64,000 bases of DNA from an uncultured Methylomirabilota bacterium (GTDB lineage Bacteria; Methylomirabilota; Methylomirabilia; Methylomirabilales; 2-02-FULL-66-22), in contig OY970067.1 of assembly GCA_963705305.1 (NCBI GenBank), forward strand, positions 96,001-160,000. Direction: 5' to 3'. Positions 9,421 through 18,976 of this stretch are shown here, one piece after another. Under the pieces are notes generated by a model. The model did no database searches. It saw nothing but the letters and a program-made list of their open reading frames with translations, and had not been told where the DNA came from. Position numbers and translations under genes: made by a program. Each line of letters opens with the position of its first letter. Positions within the stretch are counted from its first letter, which is position 1.

Positions 9421-10419
9421 ATGAAGGCAGCCGTCTGGAAAGGCATCGAACAGCTGGACATCGACGACCTCCCCATCCCCGACCCGAAGGACCCCCGCGA
9501 GGTCCAGGTCAAGGTGGTGGCCTGCGGCGTGTGCGCCACCGACGTGCATATCCTGGAAGGCAAGTTCCCGATGTTCAAGCCGCCGCGGGTCATCGGCCAC
9601 GAGTTCACCGGGGTCGTGAGCGCGGTCGGGAACGAGGTCACCAAGGTCAAGGTCGGCGATCGGGTGGCGGTGGAGACCGGATTGGCCTGCGATCGCTGCT
9701 ACTACTGCCGAGACGGGCGGGAGCACCAGTGCCTGCACCGCTATGCGCACCCGGGGGGGTATGCGGAGTACGCCCTGTACCCCGACCGCCTGGTCCACAA
9801 GCTGCCGGACGGCCTCTCCTTCGAGGTGGCTGCCCTGGCCGAGCCGCTGGCCTGTACCCTCCACGCCATCGACCTGGCCAAGGTCCGCTCGGGCAACGTC
9901 GCCCTCGTCCTGGGCGGGGGTACCATCGGCTGCCTCATGACGCAGCTGCTCCTCCACAGCGGCGCCAGCAAGGTCCTGGTCTCGGAGCCGCAGGCCCACC
10001 GGCGCGAGATCAACAAGGCCGTCGGCGGTATTGCCGTCGATCCGAAGAGCCAGGACCTGGCGGCCTTCGTCACGGAGCACACCGACGGCCTGGGCCCGGA
10101 GATCGTCTTCGACTGCCTGGGCCACCCCGCCCTCCTGGAGCAGGGCATCGACCTCGTGCAGAAGGGCGGGACCGTGTTCGTCATGGGCGTGGCCGATCCG
10201 GAGGCGGTGGCCAAGGTCAAACCCTACCAGCTCTTCGATAAGGAGATCCAGATCAAGTCCGCCTTCCTGCGGCCGTACATCTTCCACCGGGCCGTGCGCT
10301 GGCTGCCGCACCTGGTCTTGCAGCCCCTCCTCGGCGTGGAGTATCCCTTGGCGCAGACGAAGGAGGCCATCCACGCCCTGCGGCACAGCCAGGGGCTGAA
10401 GATCATGGTCAAGCCCTAG
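9421..10419 (+). CDS. Zinc-dependent medium-chain alcohol/polyol dehydrogenase
   Basis: CGVCATD, GHEFTG, CDRCYYC..C, GGGTIG. Confidence 0.92.
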   Translation: MKAAVWKGIEQLDIDDLPIPDPKDPREVQVKVVACGVCATDVHILEGKFPMFKPPRVIGHEFTGVVSAVGNEVTKVKVGDRVAVETGLACDRCYYCRDGREHQCLHRYAHPGGYAEYALYPDRLVHKLPDGLSFEVAALAEPLACTLHAIDLAKVRSGNVALVLGGGTIGCLMTQLLLHSGASKVLVSEPQAHRREINKAVGGIAVDPKSQDLAAFVTEHTDGLGPEIVFDCLGHPALLEQGIDLVQKGGTVFVMGVADPEAVAKVKPYQLFDKEIQIKSAFLRPYIFHRAVRWLPHLVLQPLLGVEYPLAQTKEAIHALRHSQGLKIMVKP

Positions 10420-10420
10420 C

Positions 10421-10544
10421 AGGCCGCTGAAAAAGGCCCATCTGCTGCGTTGCGGCGTACGGGCAAAGTACGCCTCCGACCCACCTCCGGTGGGTACCCC
10501 GCGGATCGTGCGGCGCCTTGCATCTGGGCCTTTTTGAGCGGCCC
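10421..10544 (+). repeat. MITE-like palindromic repeat, full copy
   Basis: Terminal inverted repeats GGCCGCTGAAAAAGGCCCATCTGC ... GCATCTGGGCCTTTTTGAGCGGCC. Confidence 0.85.
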
Positions 10545-10574
10545 GAGCAAAAACGAATTTTTCAGGAAGCCCTC

Positions 10575-12059
10575 GTGGACTCGATCCTCACCTTCGACCT
10601 CGGCACCAGCGCATGCAAGGTCTGCCTCTGGGATCTGCAGGGCGGCCTGCTGGGCTCGGCCGAGGCCGGGTATCCCATCCACCATCCGCAGCCGGACTGG
10701 GCCGAACAGGATCCCGAGGATTGGTGGCGGGCCGCGGTGACGGCGGGACGGCAGTGCCTGGAGGGCCAGGCGGGCGGCCGCATCGCTGCCGTGGGTCTCT
10801 CCTCGCAGCGCGAGGGGGTGGTCTCTCTCGGCCGCGACGGCGCCCCGCTGGGCCGCTGCATCATCTGGATGGATCGCCGCTGCCGCCCCCAGACGGCGAC
10901 GCTCGAGGCGGAATTCGGCGCCGAATTCCTCCACCGGCATACCGGCGTGGCTCCCGACCCCAACTACACCGCGTGCAAGCTCCTCTGGCTGCGGGAGAAC
11001 CAGCCGGATCTCCTGGGGCGCACCGCGACCTTCCTCCAGCCGCGGGATTTCCTCTACTTCCGCCTGACCGGCGCCCCCGCGACCGACTACACCCTGGCGT
11101 CCCGAACCATGATGATCGATCTGCGCCGGGAGGCGTGGTGGCCGGAGATGTTCCGCCGGGTGGGCACCCGGATCGACCAGTTCCCGCCGCTCTACCGCTC
11201 GACCGACGCCCCGCATCGCCTCGCCGGACCTGCAGCCGGTCTCCTCGGGCTGCCGCCCGGAATCCCGGTGTCCCTGGGGGGCGGCGACCGCTCCTGCGAA
11301 GCCGTGGGGGCCGGCCTGGCCGGGGGCCGCGCGTCGGACTCCACCGGAACCGCCAGCCAGGTGTCCATGGTGGCGGACCGGCTCCCCGAAGACCTCGGCC
11401 GCGTCCCCTGCGGCATTCACGCCGTTCCCGGCCACTATCTCTTCGAGCTGGGGGCCTCCACCACCGGGTCAGCCGTGCGCTGGTTCCGCGAGCTGCTGGG
11501 GCTGCCGCCCGAGGCCATGTCCACGCTGGAGCGCGAGGCGGCGCAGGTCCCCGCAGGGGCGCGCAATCTGCTGATGTTTCCCTTCTTCATGGGCGCCCGC
11601 TCGACCCGCTGGAACCCGGACGCGCGGGGCCTGCTACTGGGGCTCAGCCTGGGCCACACGCGCGGCGACATCGTGCGGGCGCTGATGGAGGGAGTGGGTT
11701 ACGAGGTGGCCACCTGTCTGGACGGTCTGCGGGACATTGGAATCGCGATCGAGGAGCTGATGGTGATCGGCGGCGGCGCCCGGTCGGATCTCTGGGGCCA
11801 GATCAAGGCCGACATCCTCGGCATCCCGGTGCACCGCCCCTGTCGCACCGAGGCCGCGTCGCTGGGCGCGGCCGTCTTGGCCGCGGCGGCGGTCGGTCTG
11901 GTCGCCGATCCCGTGGCCGCGGCGCGGGCCTGGAACCCCGCCGTCGACACCTTCACGCCGCGCCCCGAGGCGGCGCGGCTCTACCGCGATCGCCGCCGGC
12001 TCTTCGACAACGTCTACGCCGCCCTCCTCCCCCTCTATCCCCGCTTGCACTCCCCCTGA
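10575..12059 (+). CDS. FGGY-family carbohydrate kinase (xylulokinase-like)
   Basis: FDLGTSACK, AEQDP, IIWMDRR, GGGD, EGVGYE, GGGARS; GTG start at 10575. Confidence 0.92.
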   Translation: MDSILTFDLGTSACKVCLWDLQGGLLGSAEAGYPIHHPQPDWAEQDPEDWWRAAVTAGRQCLEGQAGGRIAAVGLSSQREGVVSLGRDGAPLGRCIIWMDRRCRPQTATLEAEFGAEFLHRHTGVAPDPNYTACKLLWLRENQPDLLGRTATFLQPRDFLYFRLTGAPATDYTLASRTMMIDLRREAWWPEMFRRVGTRIDQFPPLYRSTDAPHRLAGPAAGLLGLPPGIPVSLGGGDRSCEAVGAGLAGGRASDSTGTASQVSMVADRLPEDLGRVPCGIHAVPGHYLFELGASTTGSAVRWFRELLGLPPEAMSTLEREAAQVPAGARNLLMFPFFMGARSTRWNPDARGLLLGLSLGHTRGDIVRALMEGVGYEVATCLDGLRDIGIAIEELMVIGGGARSDLWGQIKADILGIPVHRPCRTEAASLGAAVLAAAAVGLVADPVAAARAWNPAVDTFTPRPEAARLYRDRRRLFDNVYAALLPLYPRLHSP

Positions 12060-12757
12060 TCCGCCCCCCGCAGGGCGTGCTCCACCGCCGCCAGGGCGTG
12101 CAGCCGGGTGGTGTCGAACAGGGGAACCCCGCTGTCCTCATCCTTCACCAGCAGGCCGATCTCCGTGCACCCCAGGATGATCCCCTCGGCACCTCGCCGG
12201 ACCAGCCCTTCGATGATGCGGCGGAATTCCTCCCGCGAGTCCGGCTTGATGGCCCCCACGACCAGCTCCTCGTAGATCACGCGGTGCACGATGGCGCGGT
12301 CGGTCTCCTCCGGAATCAGGACATCGAGATTGTGCCGGCGGACGAGCCGCCCACGGTAGAAGTCCTCCTCCATGGTAAAGCGCGTGCCCAGCAGGCCCAC
12401 CCGCCGGATCCCGCACTTCCGGACGCTCTCCGCCGTGGCATCCGCGATGTGCAATACGGGAATGCCGATCCGACCCTGTACCTCGTCCGCCAGCTTGTGC
12501 ATGGTGTTGGTGCAGATGACCACGAAGTCCGCGCCGCCCTGCTCCAGGCTCCGCGCCGCGTCGACCATGACCCTGGCGGCCTCGTCCCAGCGTCCCTCGC
12601 GCTGCAGCGCCTCGACCTCGGCGAAGTCCACCGAATACATCAGGCCCTTGGCGGAGTGCAGCCCTCCCAGCCGGTCGCGCACCGCCTCGTTGATGATCCG
12701 GTAGTACTCGATGGAAGACTCCCAGCTCATCCCGCCCAGCAGTCCGATGGTCTTCAC
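12035..12757 (-). CDS. Aspartate/glutamate racemase family protein (YgeA-like)
   Basis: IGLLGGMSWES, ICTNTMH, LGCTEI. Confidence 0.93.
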   Translation of the reverse strand: MKTIGLLGGMSWESSIEYYRIINEAVRDRLGGLHSAKGLMYSVDFAEVEALQREGRWDEAARVMVDAARSLEQGGADFVVICTNTMHKLADEVQGRIGIPVLHIADATAESVRKCGIRRVGLLGTRFTMEEDFYRGRLVRRHNLDVLIPEETDRAIVHRVIYEELVVGAIKPDSREEFRRIIEGLVRRGAEGIILGCTEIGLLVKDEDSGVPLFDTTRLHALAAVEHALRGADQGECKRG

Positions 12758-12820
12758 GATGTGAACTCCTTCGGCGGAGCAGTCAGCCGTCAGCGCTCAG
12801 CCATCAGCGCAAGAAGGAAA

Positions 12821-12857
12821 GCAAAGCCCCCTCGGAGGCCTCTCGAGGGGGCTTTGC
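12821..12857. repeat. REP-like hairpin, copy A (flanked by 7-mer arrays)
   Basis: GCAAAGCCCCCTCG..CGAGGGGGCTTTGC; related hairpin at 14354. Confidence 0.7.
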
Positions 12858-12916
12858 GCACACGGCAGAGAGCCGGACCGTTTTTCGTCCGACCCGATCT
12901 CGCCGACGGCTGACGG

Positions 12917-14173
12917 CTAACGGCCGCCCCCCGCGAACACCGTCTTGATGTGCTTCTCCAGCAAATTCTCGGTGACCAGGCGGCCGATCGTCCCGGCGTG
13001 CGCCTCCAGCGCCTGGTAGTAGGCCTCGCCCATCTCGGCCGCCACCTTGAACCCCACGTGGACGAGCTGGCGAAAGTGCCGGTTGTAGGCGGGATTCTTC
13101 TGGTCGTGCCGCAGGACCGCCGCGTACTGCGCCCCGGACCAGCCGCGAACCGTCTTGGGGTCCGGCAGCTTGGCCGGCTCGATGTCGATCACGGCGGCGT
13201 ACGGCTTGCACAGCTCTTCCAGCCGTCCGTAGGCCTTCGCATAAATCTCCTGGGCCATCTTCAGGCCGTCCCCGCCCGACAGCGCCAGCCCCGCGACCTC
13301 TTCCAACCAGGTCGTGCCCGCGGTCTTGAGGTGCAGGCCGGCGTCCTGCTTGCGGATCGCGCGGGCCATGGGCCCGTAGATCGAAAACTTGTCGCTGCCG
13401 GAATGGACGCTCAGCTTCAAGTTGGCGGGCAGCCCGAACTCCGTGACCGCGAAGGCGATCACCGCCAGATCCTCGTTAAACTCCTTCTCGAACTGGGCCA
13501 CGTCACCGACGTAGTCTACCCCCTTGTTGAATCGCCCGGTGAACTTCGGGGCGATGGTCTGCGCCGGGATCTTCTGATCGGCGATTGCCGCCAGGATGAA
13601 GAACAGCTCGATGGGGGTCTGCGGCTTGTCCGTCTCGTCTATGGAAACCTCGGTGATGAACTGGTCGCGTCCCTTGGCGGCCTCGATGTGGCGGTAGATG
13701 GCCCCCGCTTCCTTCATCGCCAGCAGATACTTCCGTGCGATGCCTGCAACGTCTTGCGCGGAGATATCCAGGGTCTGGGCAATTCCGGGAATTTTCAGGA
13801 TTGTGGCGTATTGCCTGTGCCGGGCCACGAAGTCCTGAACGTCCGCCTCCGGGGCCGGCTGGCCCGTGAAGTCCGCGACATCCAGCGTGAAGAAGTCGCT
13901 GCCCCCGATGAAATTGTCCACCGTCTTCAGGCCGATGTGGTCGGCGTCCACGTGGTACGGCCCCTTCCAGCCCAGCGCCTTCACCGCGGCATCGGCCTCC
14001 GCTCGCACGCTGTCCGGGTGCGTGTGGACGATCAGATGCTCCCGGTTCGACTTGTTCCAGACCGGGACGGCCTCCACCCCCAGCGCTTTGGCGTCCATGA
14101 CGGCTTTGAGCTGCGCCCGCCCCTGGCGGCCAAAACGGTCACCGATGCCCATGCTGTACTTCGCCAGTTCCAT
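12917..14173 (-). CDS. uxaE: Tagaturonate/fructuronate epimerase family protein
   Basis: GIGDRFG, DADHI, EVSIDET, APKFTGRFNKGVDY, SVHSGSDKFSIY, HLKTAGTTWLE. Confidence 0.85.
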   Translation of the reverse strand: MELAKYSMGIGDRFGRQGRAQLKAVMDAKALGVEAVPVWNKSNREHLIVHTHPDSVRAEADAAVKALGWKGPYHVDADHIGLKTVDNFIGGSDFFTLDVADFTGQPAPEADVQDFVARHRQYATILKIPGIAQTLDISAQDVAGIARKYLLAMKEAGAIYRHIEAAKGRDQFITEVSIDETDKPQTPIELFFILAAIADQKIPAQTIAPKFTGRFNKGVDYVGDVAQFEKEFNEDLAVIAFAVTEFGLPANLKLSVHSGSDKFSIYGPMARAIRKQDAGLHLKTAGTTWLEEVAGLALSGGDGLKMAQEIYAKAYGRLEELCKPYAAVIDIEPAKLPDPKTVRGWSGAQYAAVLRHDQKNPAYNRHFRQLVHVGFKVAAEMGEAYYQALEAHAGTIGRLVTENLLEKHIKTVFAGGGR

Positions 14174-14353
14174 CGGCCGTCTCCCTTTGCGGGTGATCAC
14201 CGCAACGGCCTGCCTTGAACGCGCCGGCAGGCGTCTCCAATTCCGTATTTCGTTCCTCCCCTCACTCGGCAGACAGCATGCCGCCGTCCCGGCCGGCCTG
14301 TCAAGTCGGAAAACGCCGCCGAGAGGCATCCCCGGGGGCGTTCCCAAACAAGG

Positions 14354-14390
14354 CCGAAGCCCCCTCGAGAGGTTATCGAGGGGGCTTCGG
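14354..14390. repeat. REP-like hairpin, copy B
   Basis: CCGAAGCCCCCTCGA..TCGAGGGGGCTTCGG. Confidence 0.7.
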
Positions 14391-14443
14391 TCGTTCACAA
14401 ACCGTCTCCGAGGAGTTCGCAGTTGAAAATCGCTCGCGTCCGA

Positions 14444-14521
14444 CTACTTCTTCTTCGTCTTGGCCTTACCCATGCTGCAGCTCTTCCCCGTCTTCGCGCT
14501 CTTCTTCGGCGCGCACGCCAT
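14444..14521 (-). CDS. Small Lys-rich protein, 25 aa (MACAPKKSAKTGKSCSMGKAKTKKK)
   Basis: GGAGGTGA RBS 5 nt before ATG; TTGAGA-16-TATGCT promoter upstream; every third codon position is G/C. Confidence 0.65.
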   Translation of the reverse strand: MACAPKKSAKTGKSCSMGKAKTKKK

Positions 14522-14634
14522 CGCCCTCACCTCCCTTCACGGTACATCCCTCATACCTGACAGACCGGTAGGATCTTAGCATATATCGCAACCGGTCGAT
14601 CTCAACTTCTCCGGACCCGCCCACACCACACCGC

Positions 14635-15495
14635 CTACCCCTTCAGCGCCCCCGCGGTGAGCCCCTTGATGAGATGCTTCTGGAGGAAGGTGAAGAGGAT
14701 AGCCACGGGGATGGTGCTGATCATGACACCGGCGGAGAGCTGGCCCCATTGGACCTCGTACTGCCCGGCCATATAGAGGAGGCCGGCCGACAGCGTCCGC
14801 ATATTGGTGCTGCTGGTGAACGTGGTCGCGAAGAGGAGTTCACTCCAGGAGGAGACAAACGCGAAAATGGCAGTGGCCGCGATTCCTGGCGCGGCGAGGG
14901 GCACAATGATCCGGATCATGGCACCGAAGCGGCTGGAGCCGTCGATCATGGCGCTCTCTTCCAGCTCTTTGGGGATGCTCTCGAAGTAGCCGACCAGCAT
15001 CCAGACCGTAAAGGGCACGGTGAAGGAGAAGTTGGAGTAGATGAGGGCCTGATAGGTATCGATCAGACCCAGGGAATACCACTGGGACAGCAGGGGGGGG
15101 ATGAGCAAGACAGCGGGGAACATCTGGGTGGCCAGGAAGACCAGCATCAGGGTGTTCTTGCCTATGAACCGGAAGCGCGCCAGGGCATAGCCTGCCGAGG
15201 TGGAGATCACGATGGTGGCCACCATGGTGACGGAGGAGACCCACAGGCTGTTGGCAAAAAAGATGCTGAACGGCGTGAGGCGCGATGTCCAGGCCTCCAC
15301 ATAGTTCCTAAGGATGGGGTGGACAGGAATGTAGGTGATGGGCGTGGCGTACAGCTCCAGCCGCGTCTTGAGGGAGGCGGAGAGGGCCCACAGGAATGGT
15401 CCCATGGCAAAGAGCGTCATGATCGCCAAGCCAATCCAGAGGACCGGGCCACCCAGGATCTGATCGAGGAGATCGGCAGAACGATGTTTTTTCAT
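14635..15495 (-). CDS. Sugar ABC transporter permease (MalG type)
   Basis: LEESAMIDG, FVSSWSELLF, GLTAGALKG; ATGA overlap with the upstream permease stop. Confidence 0.93.
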   Translation of the reverse strand: MKKHRSADLLDQILGGPVLWIGLAIMTLFAMGPFLWALSASLKTRLELYATPITYIPVHPILRNYVEAWTSRLTPFSIFFANSLWVSSVTMVATIVISTSAGYALARFRFIGKNTLMLVFLATQMFPAVLLIPPLLSQWYSLGLIDTYQALIYSNFSFTVPFTVWMLVGYFESIPKELEESAMIDGSSRFGAMIRIIVPLAAPGIAATAIFAFVSSWSELLFATTFTSSTNMRTLSAGLLYMAGQYEVQWGQLSAGVMISTIPVAILFTFLQKHLIKGLTAGALKG

Positions 15496-16427
15496 CCCGA
15501 CACCGACTCCACACCCTTCGTGAATTTCAGATACAATGTCGTGAAGACCAGCATGATGATTAGCAGGACCACCGACAGCGTCGCGGCGTAGCCGAAGTCC
15601 AGGTCCGTGTACGCGCTGATGAGCGTGTAGGTCGAGGTGATCTGGGTGGCGTTGGCCGGGCCACCCGCTGTCATGACGAAGATGAGGTCGGCGTAGTTGA
15701 ACGTCCAGATGATGCGGGTCGCAGTGGCGACCACAATGATGGGGCGCAGCAAGGGCAGAGTGATGTGCCAAAACCGCTGCGTGACGCTGGCTCCGTCCAC
15801 CGTCGCCGCCTCATACACGTCGTCCGGGATGGCCTGGAGGCCGGCCAAGATCATGATGCTGAAGAAGGGGATGCCCCGCCAGATATTGGCGAAGATCACA
15901 CTGAGCATGGCGACGGAGGGTTCGCTCAGCCAAGCGACCGGGACGCTGAGCAGCCCCAGCCGCCTGAGGATGTCATTGATCGGTCCGTAATTGGGCTGGT
16001 ACAGGTACTCCCATACCAGGCCGACGACCACACCAGGAATGATCCAGGGCAGGAGGTTCAGGGTCCGGAAGAACGCCCGCCCCTTGAATTCGGCGTTCAG
16101 GAGCAGCGCCCCGAGGAAGCCGAGCACGAACTGGATGCTGACCGACCAGAAGACCCAGACGAAGGAATTCTTCAGCGTCAGCCAGAATACCGGGTCGTGG
16201 ATCATCCGAACGTAGTTGCCCAAGCCGATGAAGCGATAGTCCTGCGGGCGGGAGAGGACGTTGTAGTACAGGCTCATGTAGATGGACTTGAGAATCGGGA
16301 ACAGGACCGTGCCGCCCAGACAGACGGCCGCCGGCAGGAGGTAGGTATAATTGGCGAGGGTCTCCCGTGTCGCCCGGGAGAGAAACGTCCGCGGCGCAGG
16401 GGTGGCGATATCGGCTTCTCTGTTCAC
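15492..16427 (-). CDS. Sugar ABC transporter permease (MalF type)
   Basis: YEAATVDGA..RFWHITLPLLRP, MTAGGP. Confidence 0.93.
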   Translation of the reverse strand: MNREADIATPAPRTFLSRATRETLANYTYLLPAAVCLGGTVLFPILKSIYMSLYYNVLSRPQDYRFIGLGNYVRMIHDPVFWLTLKNSFVWVFWSVSIQFVLGFLGALLLNAEFKGRAFFRTLNLLPWIIPGVVVGLVWEYLYQPNYGPINDILRRLGLLSVPVAWLSEPSVAMLSVIFANIWRGIPFFSIMILAGLQAIPDDVYEAATVDGASVTQRFWHITLPLLRPIIVVATATRIIWTFNYADLIFVMTAGGPANATQITSTYTLISAYTDLDFGYAATLSVVLLIIMLVFTTLYLKFTKGVESVSG

Positions 16428-16465
16428 CTAACAGGCTCCTACGCGCGCGTAAGGGTGACGGCGGT

Positions 16466-16495
16466 GCCTGGGGCCCGAAAGACCGGGCCCCAGGC
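16466..16495 (-). terminator. Intercistronic stem-loop after the binding-protein gene
   Basis: GCCTGGGGCCCG-6nt-CGGGCCCCAGGC, perfect 12-bp stem. Confidence 0.55.
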
Positions 16496-16518
16496 TGATA
16501 CCCGGACAGGGGTAGACG

Positions 16519-17823
16519 TCAGGCCATATTCTTGGTCAGCATTTCCGCGAACTTGTCCAGACACTGCTTCGGCGTGAGCTGGCCGACGAACGCCTGCTGG
16601 AAAATGGGCACCCCCTCAGAATCCAGCTTGCCGCCCCAGCTCGGGTAGACCAGGTATGGGCTCACGATGGAGAAGGGGAGGGATTTGACGAAGCCCGCAT
16701 ACGACGGCTCGGTGTAAGGCGGCCGGTCGGCCAAGCTCTGCCGGGTGGGCAGGAGGCCCAGCGCCTTGCAGTAGTTGTAATGCTGCTCGTCGTCCATCAT
16801 CCAGGTCATGAACTTCCAGGCCCCCTCCTTGTTCTTGGCCGCCTTGAACATGGTGAGGGTCTCGGCGAAGAAGAACGAGGCGCGCTTCTTTGCCGGGCCG
16901 ATCGGAATGGGGAGGGTGGCGAAGTTGGGCACGCCCACGAACTTCTTCTGCTCCTCAATAGAGCCGGAGTTGTGGAGGTACATGCTGGTGACTCCCCGTC
17001 CGAATCCCTCTACGATCTGGCGGTAGGCGTCGGTGGGGGCGCTGGGCGGCGTGACCTTCCACTTGCGGATGAGATCCACATACCATTCGAAGGCCGACAC
17101 GGCCTCCGGCGAATTAATGACGACCTTGCCGTCCTTCAGCACCTGCGCGCCGTTCCCGTACATGAACTCGGTGGCGTACAGGACGGCCCAGGTGCCGCCC
17201 CCGCGCAGCCCGAAACCGTACTGGTTCTGCGCCGGCTTGGTGAAGCCCTTGGCCAGGGTGAGGAAATCGTCCGTGGTCCAGTCGAAGGAGGGCATCTTCA
17301 GGCCGTACTCTTTCACCCGGTCCGTCCGGATGAAGATGGCGTCGTTGGTGACGTCCAGGGGGAAGGACAGGATCTTCCCGTTCAGCGTGACGCATTGCCA
17401 CGCCGTCGGAACCGTGGCCGCGTAGTACTTCCACGCCTTCATTTGGCTCGTGAGATCCTCTATGGCCCCCATGCCGTCGAACTCGCCCAGCCAGTTGTCC
17501 CAGACCTGGGCGCAATCCGGCGGATTCCCAGCAGCCACGGCCGTGATGAGCTTCTGCCGCGCCTGGGCCTGCGGGACGAACTCCACCTTCACCTCGACAT
17601 CCGACTGGGACTTGTTGAACCGATCCACCAGGGACTCGACCAGCGAGATGCGGAGCGGCTCGGGGACGCTGAACTGGAACCGGACGGTGCTGCCGGCAGC
17701 CGCCGCCTTGCGCGGCGAGAGGTAGGGAGCCTCCCACCAGGCGAGGTCGCTGGCCGCAATCACGCCCGACGCAGCCAGCGTCTCCAGGAACTGTCGGCGC
17801 GAGAAATGCCACTTTTCGCTCAT
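16519..17823 (-). CDS. Tat-exported sugar ABC transporter substrate-binding protein
   Basis: SRRQFL twin-arginine signal; AAGNPPD, WTTDDFL, GAWKFM. Confidence 0.9.
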   Translation of the reverse strand: MSEKWHFSRRQFLETLAASGVIAASDLAWWEAPYLSPRKAAAAGSTVRFQFSVPEPLRISLVESLVDRFNKSQSDVEVKVEFVPQAQARQKLITAVAAGNPPDCAQVWDNWLGEFDGMGAIEDLTSQMKAWKYYAATVPTAWQCVTLNGKILSFPLDVTNDAIFIRTDRVKEYGLKMPSFDWTTDDFLTLAKGFTKPAQNQYGFGLRGGGTWAVLYATEFMYGNGAQVLKDGKVVINSPEAVSAFEWYVDLIRKWKVTPPSAPTDAYRQIVEGFGRGVTSMYLHNSGSIEEQKKFVGVPNFATLPIPIGPAKKRASFFFAETLTMFKAAKNKEGAWKFMTWMMDDEQHYNYCKALGLLPTRQSLADRPPYTEPSYAGFVKSLPFSIVSPYLVYPSWGGKLDSEGVPIFQQAFVGQLTPKQCLDKFAEMLTKNMA

Positions 17824-18080
17824 TGTTGTCCCCCTTTCTGTGGGTGTCTCTGTCGCGGCTTGCGCCGGTCCTCCCTCATGAGTGCCCTCGCAACCGCCGA
17901 ATCCGGGATGTCTGTCCGCGGCGCCGGTCGCCGATGCGGGTCCGGCGCCCTGGCTGTCGTACTCGTCGGGACATCCCCGGTTACGGGCCCGGACCTCGCG
18001 GGCCGTCGCGTGGCTCGGAGGCCGAACGCCGTTTCGCAGGTGCATCCCTGGGAGGCCTCCCAGGGCCCTTCACCACAACC

Positions 18081-18965
18081 TCATCCGCCTCTGACAGATG
18101 CGGAGGCCCCGCGCCTCCGACGGATGATCCGGCTCACTGGAGATTTCGCCCGAGGCGTCCTGATCCCTCGGGGAACGCGGGAACGCACGGCGGGCAATGG
18201 CAAGAGTGTGGCCCGCCAGCCCAATGCGCGCGAGATGAACGCGGCCCCCTCCCGCACCAGCACGCCCACCGCATGCGCCCGGGCAACAGGCATGCGCGAG
18301 GCCGGCGCACTCAGGCTGATGGCCGCGACCGGGATCCCCCGCTGGTCCAGAATCGGCGCGCTCACGCAGCGGACGCCCTCCTCGAACTCCACGTCATCGA
18401 TGGCATACCCCTGGCGGCGGACGCGGACCAGGTCGCGCTCCAGCCGGGCCGACGTGGCGATGGTCCTTCCGGTATACTGCTGCAGGCCCTGATAGCCAAC
18501 GAGCGCCCGGACCCTCTCCGCCGGCAGGAACCCCAGGACGGCCTTTCCCAGCGCCGTGCAATGCATGGGGACGCGCCGGCCCAGGCGCGAGTGGACGCAG
18601 AACAGCGGGCCCGCGCCTTCCAGCTTGTCCAGGTAAACCATCTGGCCGTTCTCCGGGACGGCCAGATGCACGGTCTCCTGCGACCGTGTCCGGAGTCGTG
18701 CCAGGATCGGCCGCGCCGTCTCCAGGAGGTTGGATCGCTCCAGCAGTTGATGGCCAAGCTCCAGGAGCTTGTAGCTCAGGTGGTAGGCGCTCTCGCCCTC
18801 CTCGCGGATGGCAAATCCCCGGCTGGCAAGCGTCTGGAGGATGCGGTAGACGGCCGGCCGGGTGAATTTCAGCCGCCGGCTGAGCTGGACAGCGGTCAGC
18901 GCGTGGGGGCTGGCCGCCAGCGTCTCGATGAGGGACAGCGCCTTGACCAGGGATCGGTTTTCCAC
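18081..18965 (-). CDS. IclR-family transcriptional regulator
   Basis: SLVKALSLIE HTH, ETVHL, HCTALGKA, GYAIDDVEFEEGVRCVSAPI. Confidence 0.95.
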   Translation of the reverse strand: MENRSLVKALSLIETLAASPHALTAVQLSRRLKFTRPAVYRILQTLASRGFAIREEGESAYHLSYKLLELGHQLLERSNLLETARPILARLRTRSQETVHLAVPENGQMVYLDKLEGAGPLFCVHSRLGRRVPMHCTALGKAVLGFLPAERVRALVGYQGLQQYTGRTIATSARLERDLVRVRRQGYAIDDVEFEEGVRCVSAPILDQRGIPVAAISLSAPASRMPVARAHAVGVLVREGAAFISRALGWRATLLPLPAVRSRVPRGIRTPRAKSPVSRIIRRRRGASASVRGG

Positions 18966-18976
18966 CCAGGTCCCCC

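Noticed and set aside
18081..18220. Arg-rich C-terminal tail of IclR as an extra domain
   Set aside because: It is low-complexity and consistent with stop-codon drift in GC-rich DNA; nothing supports a function.
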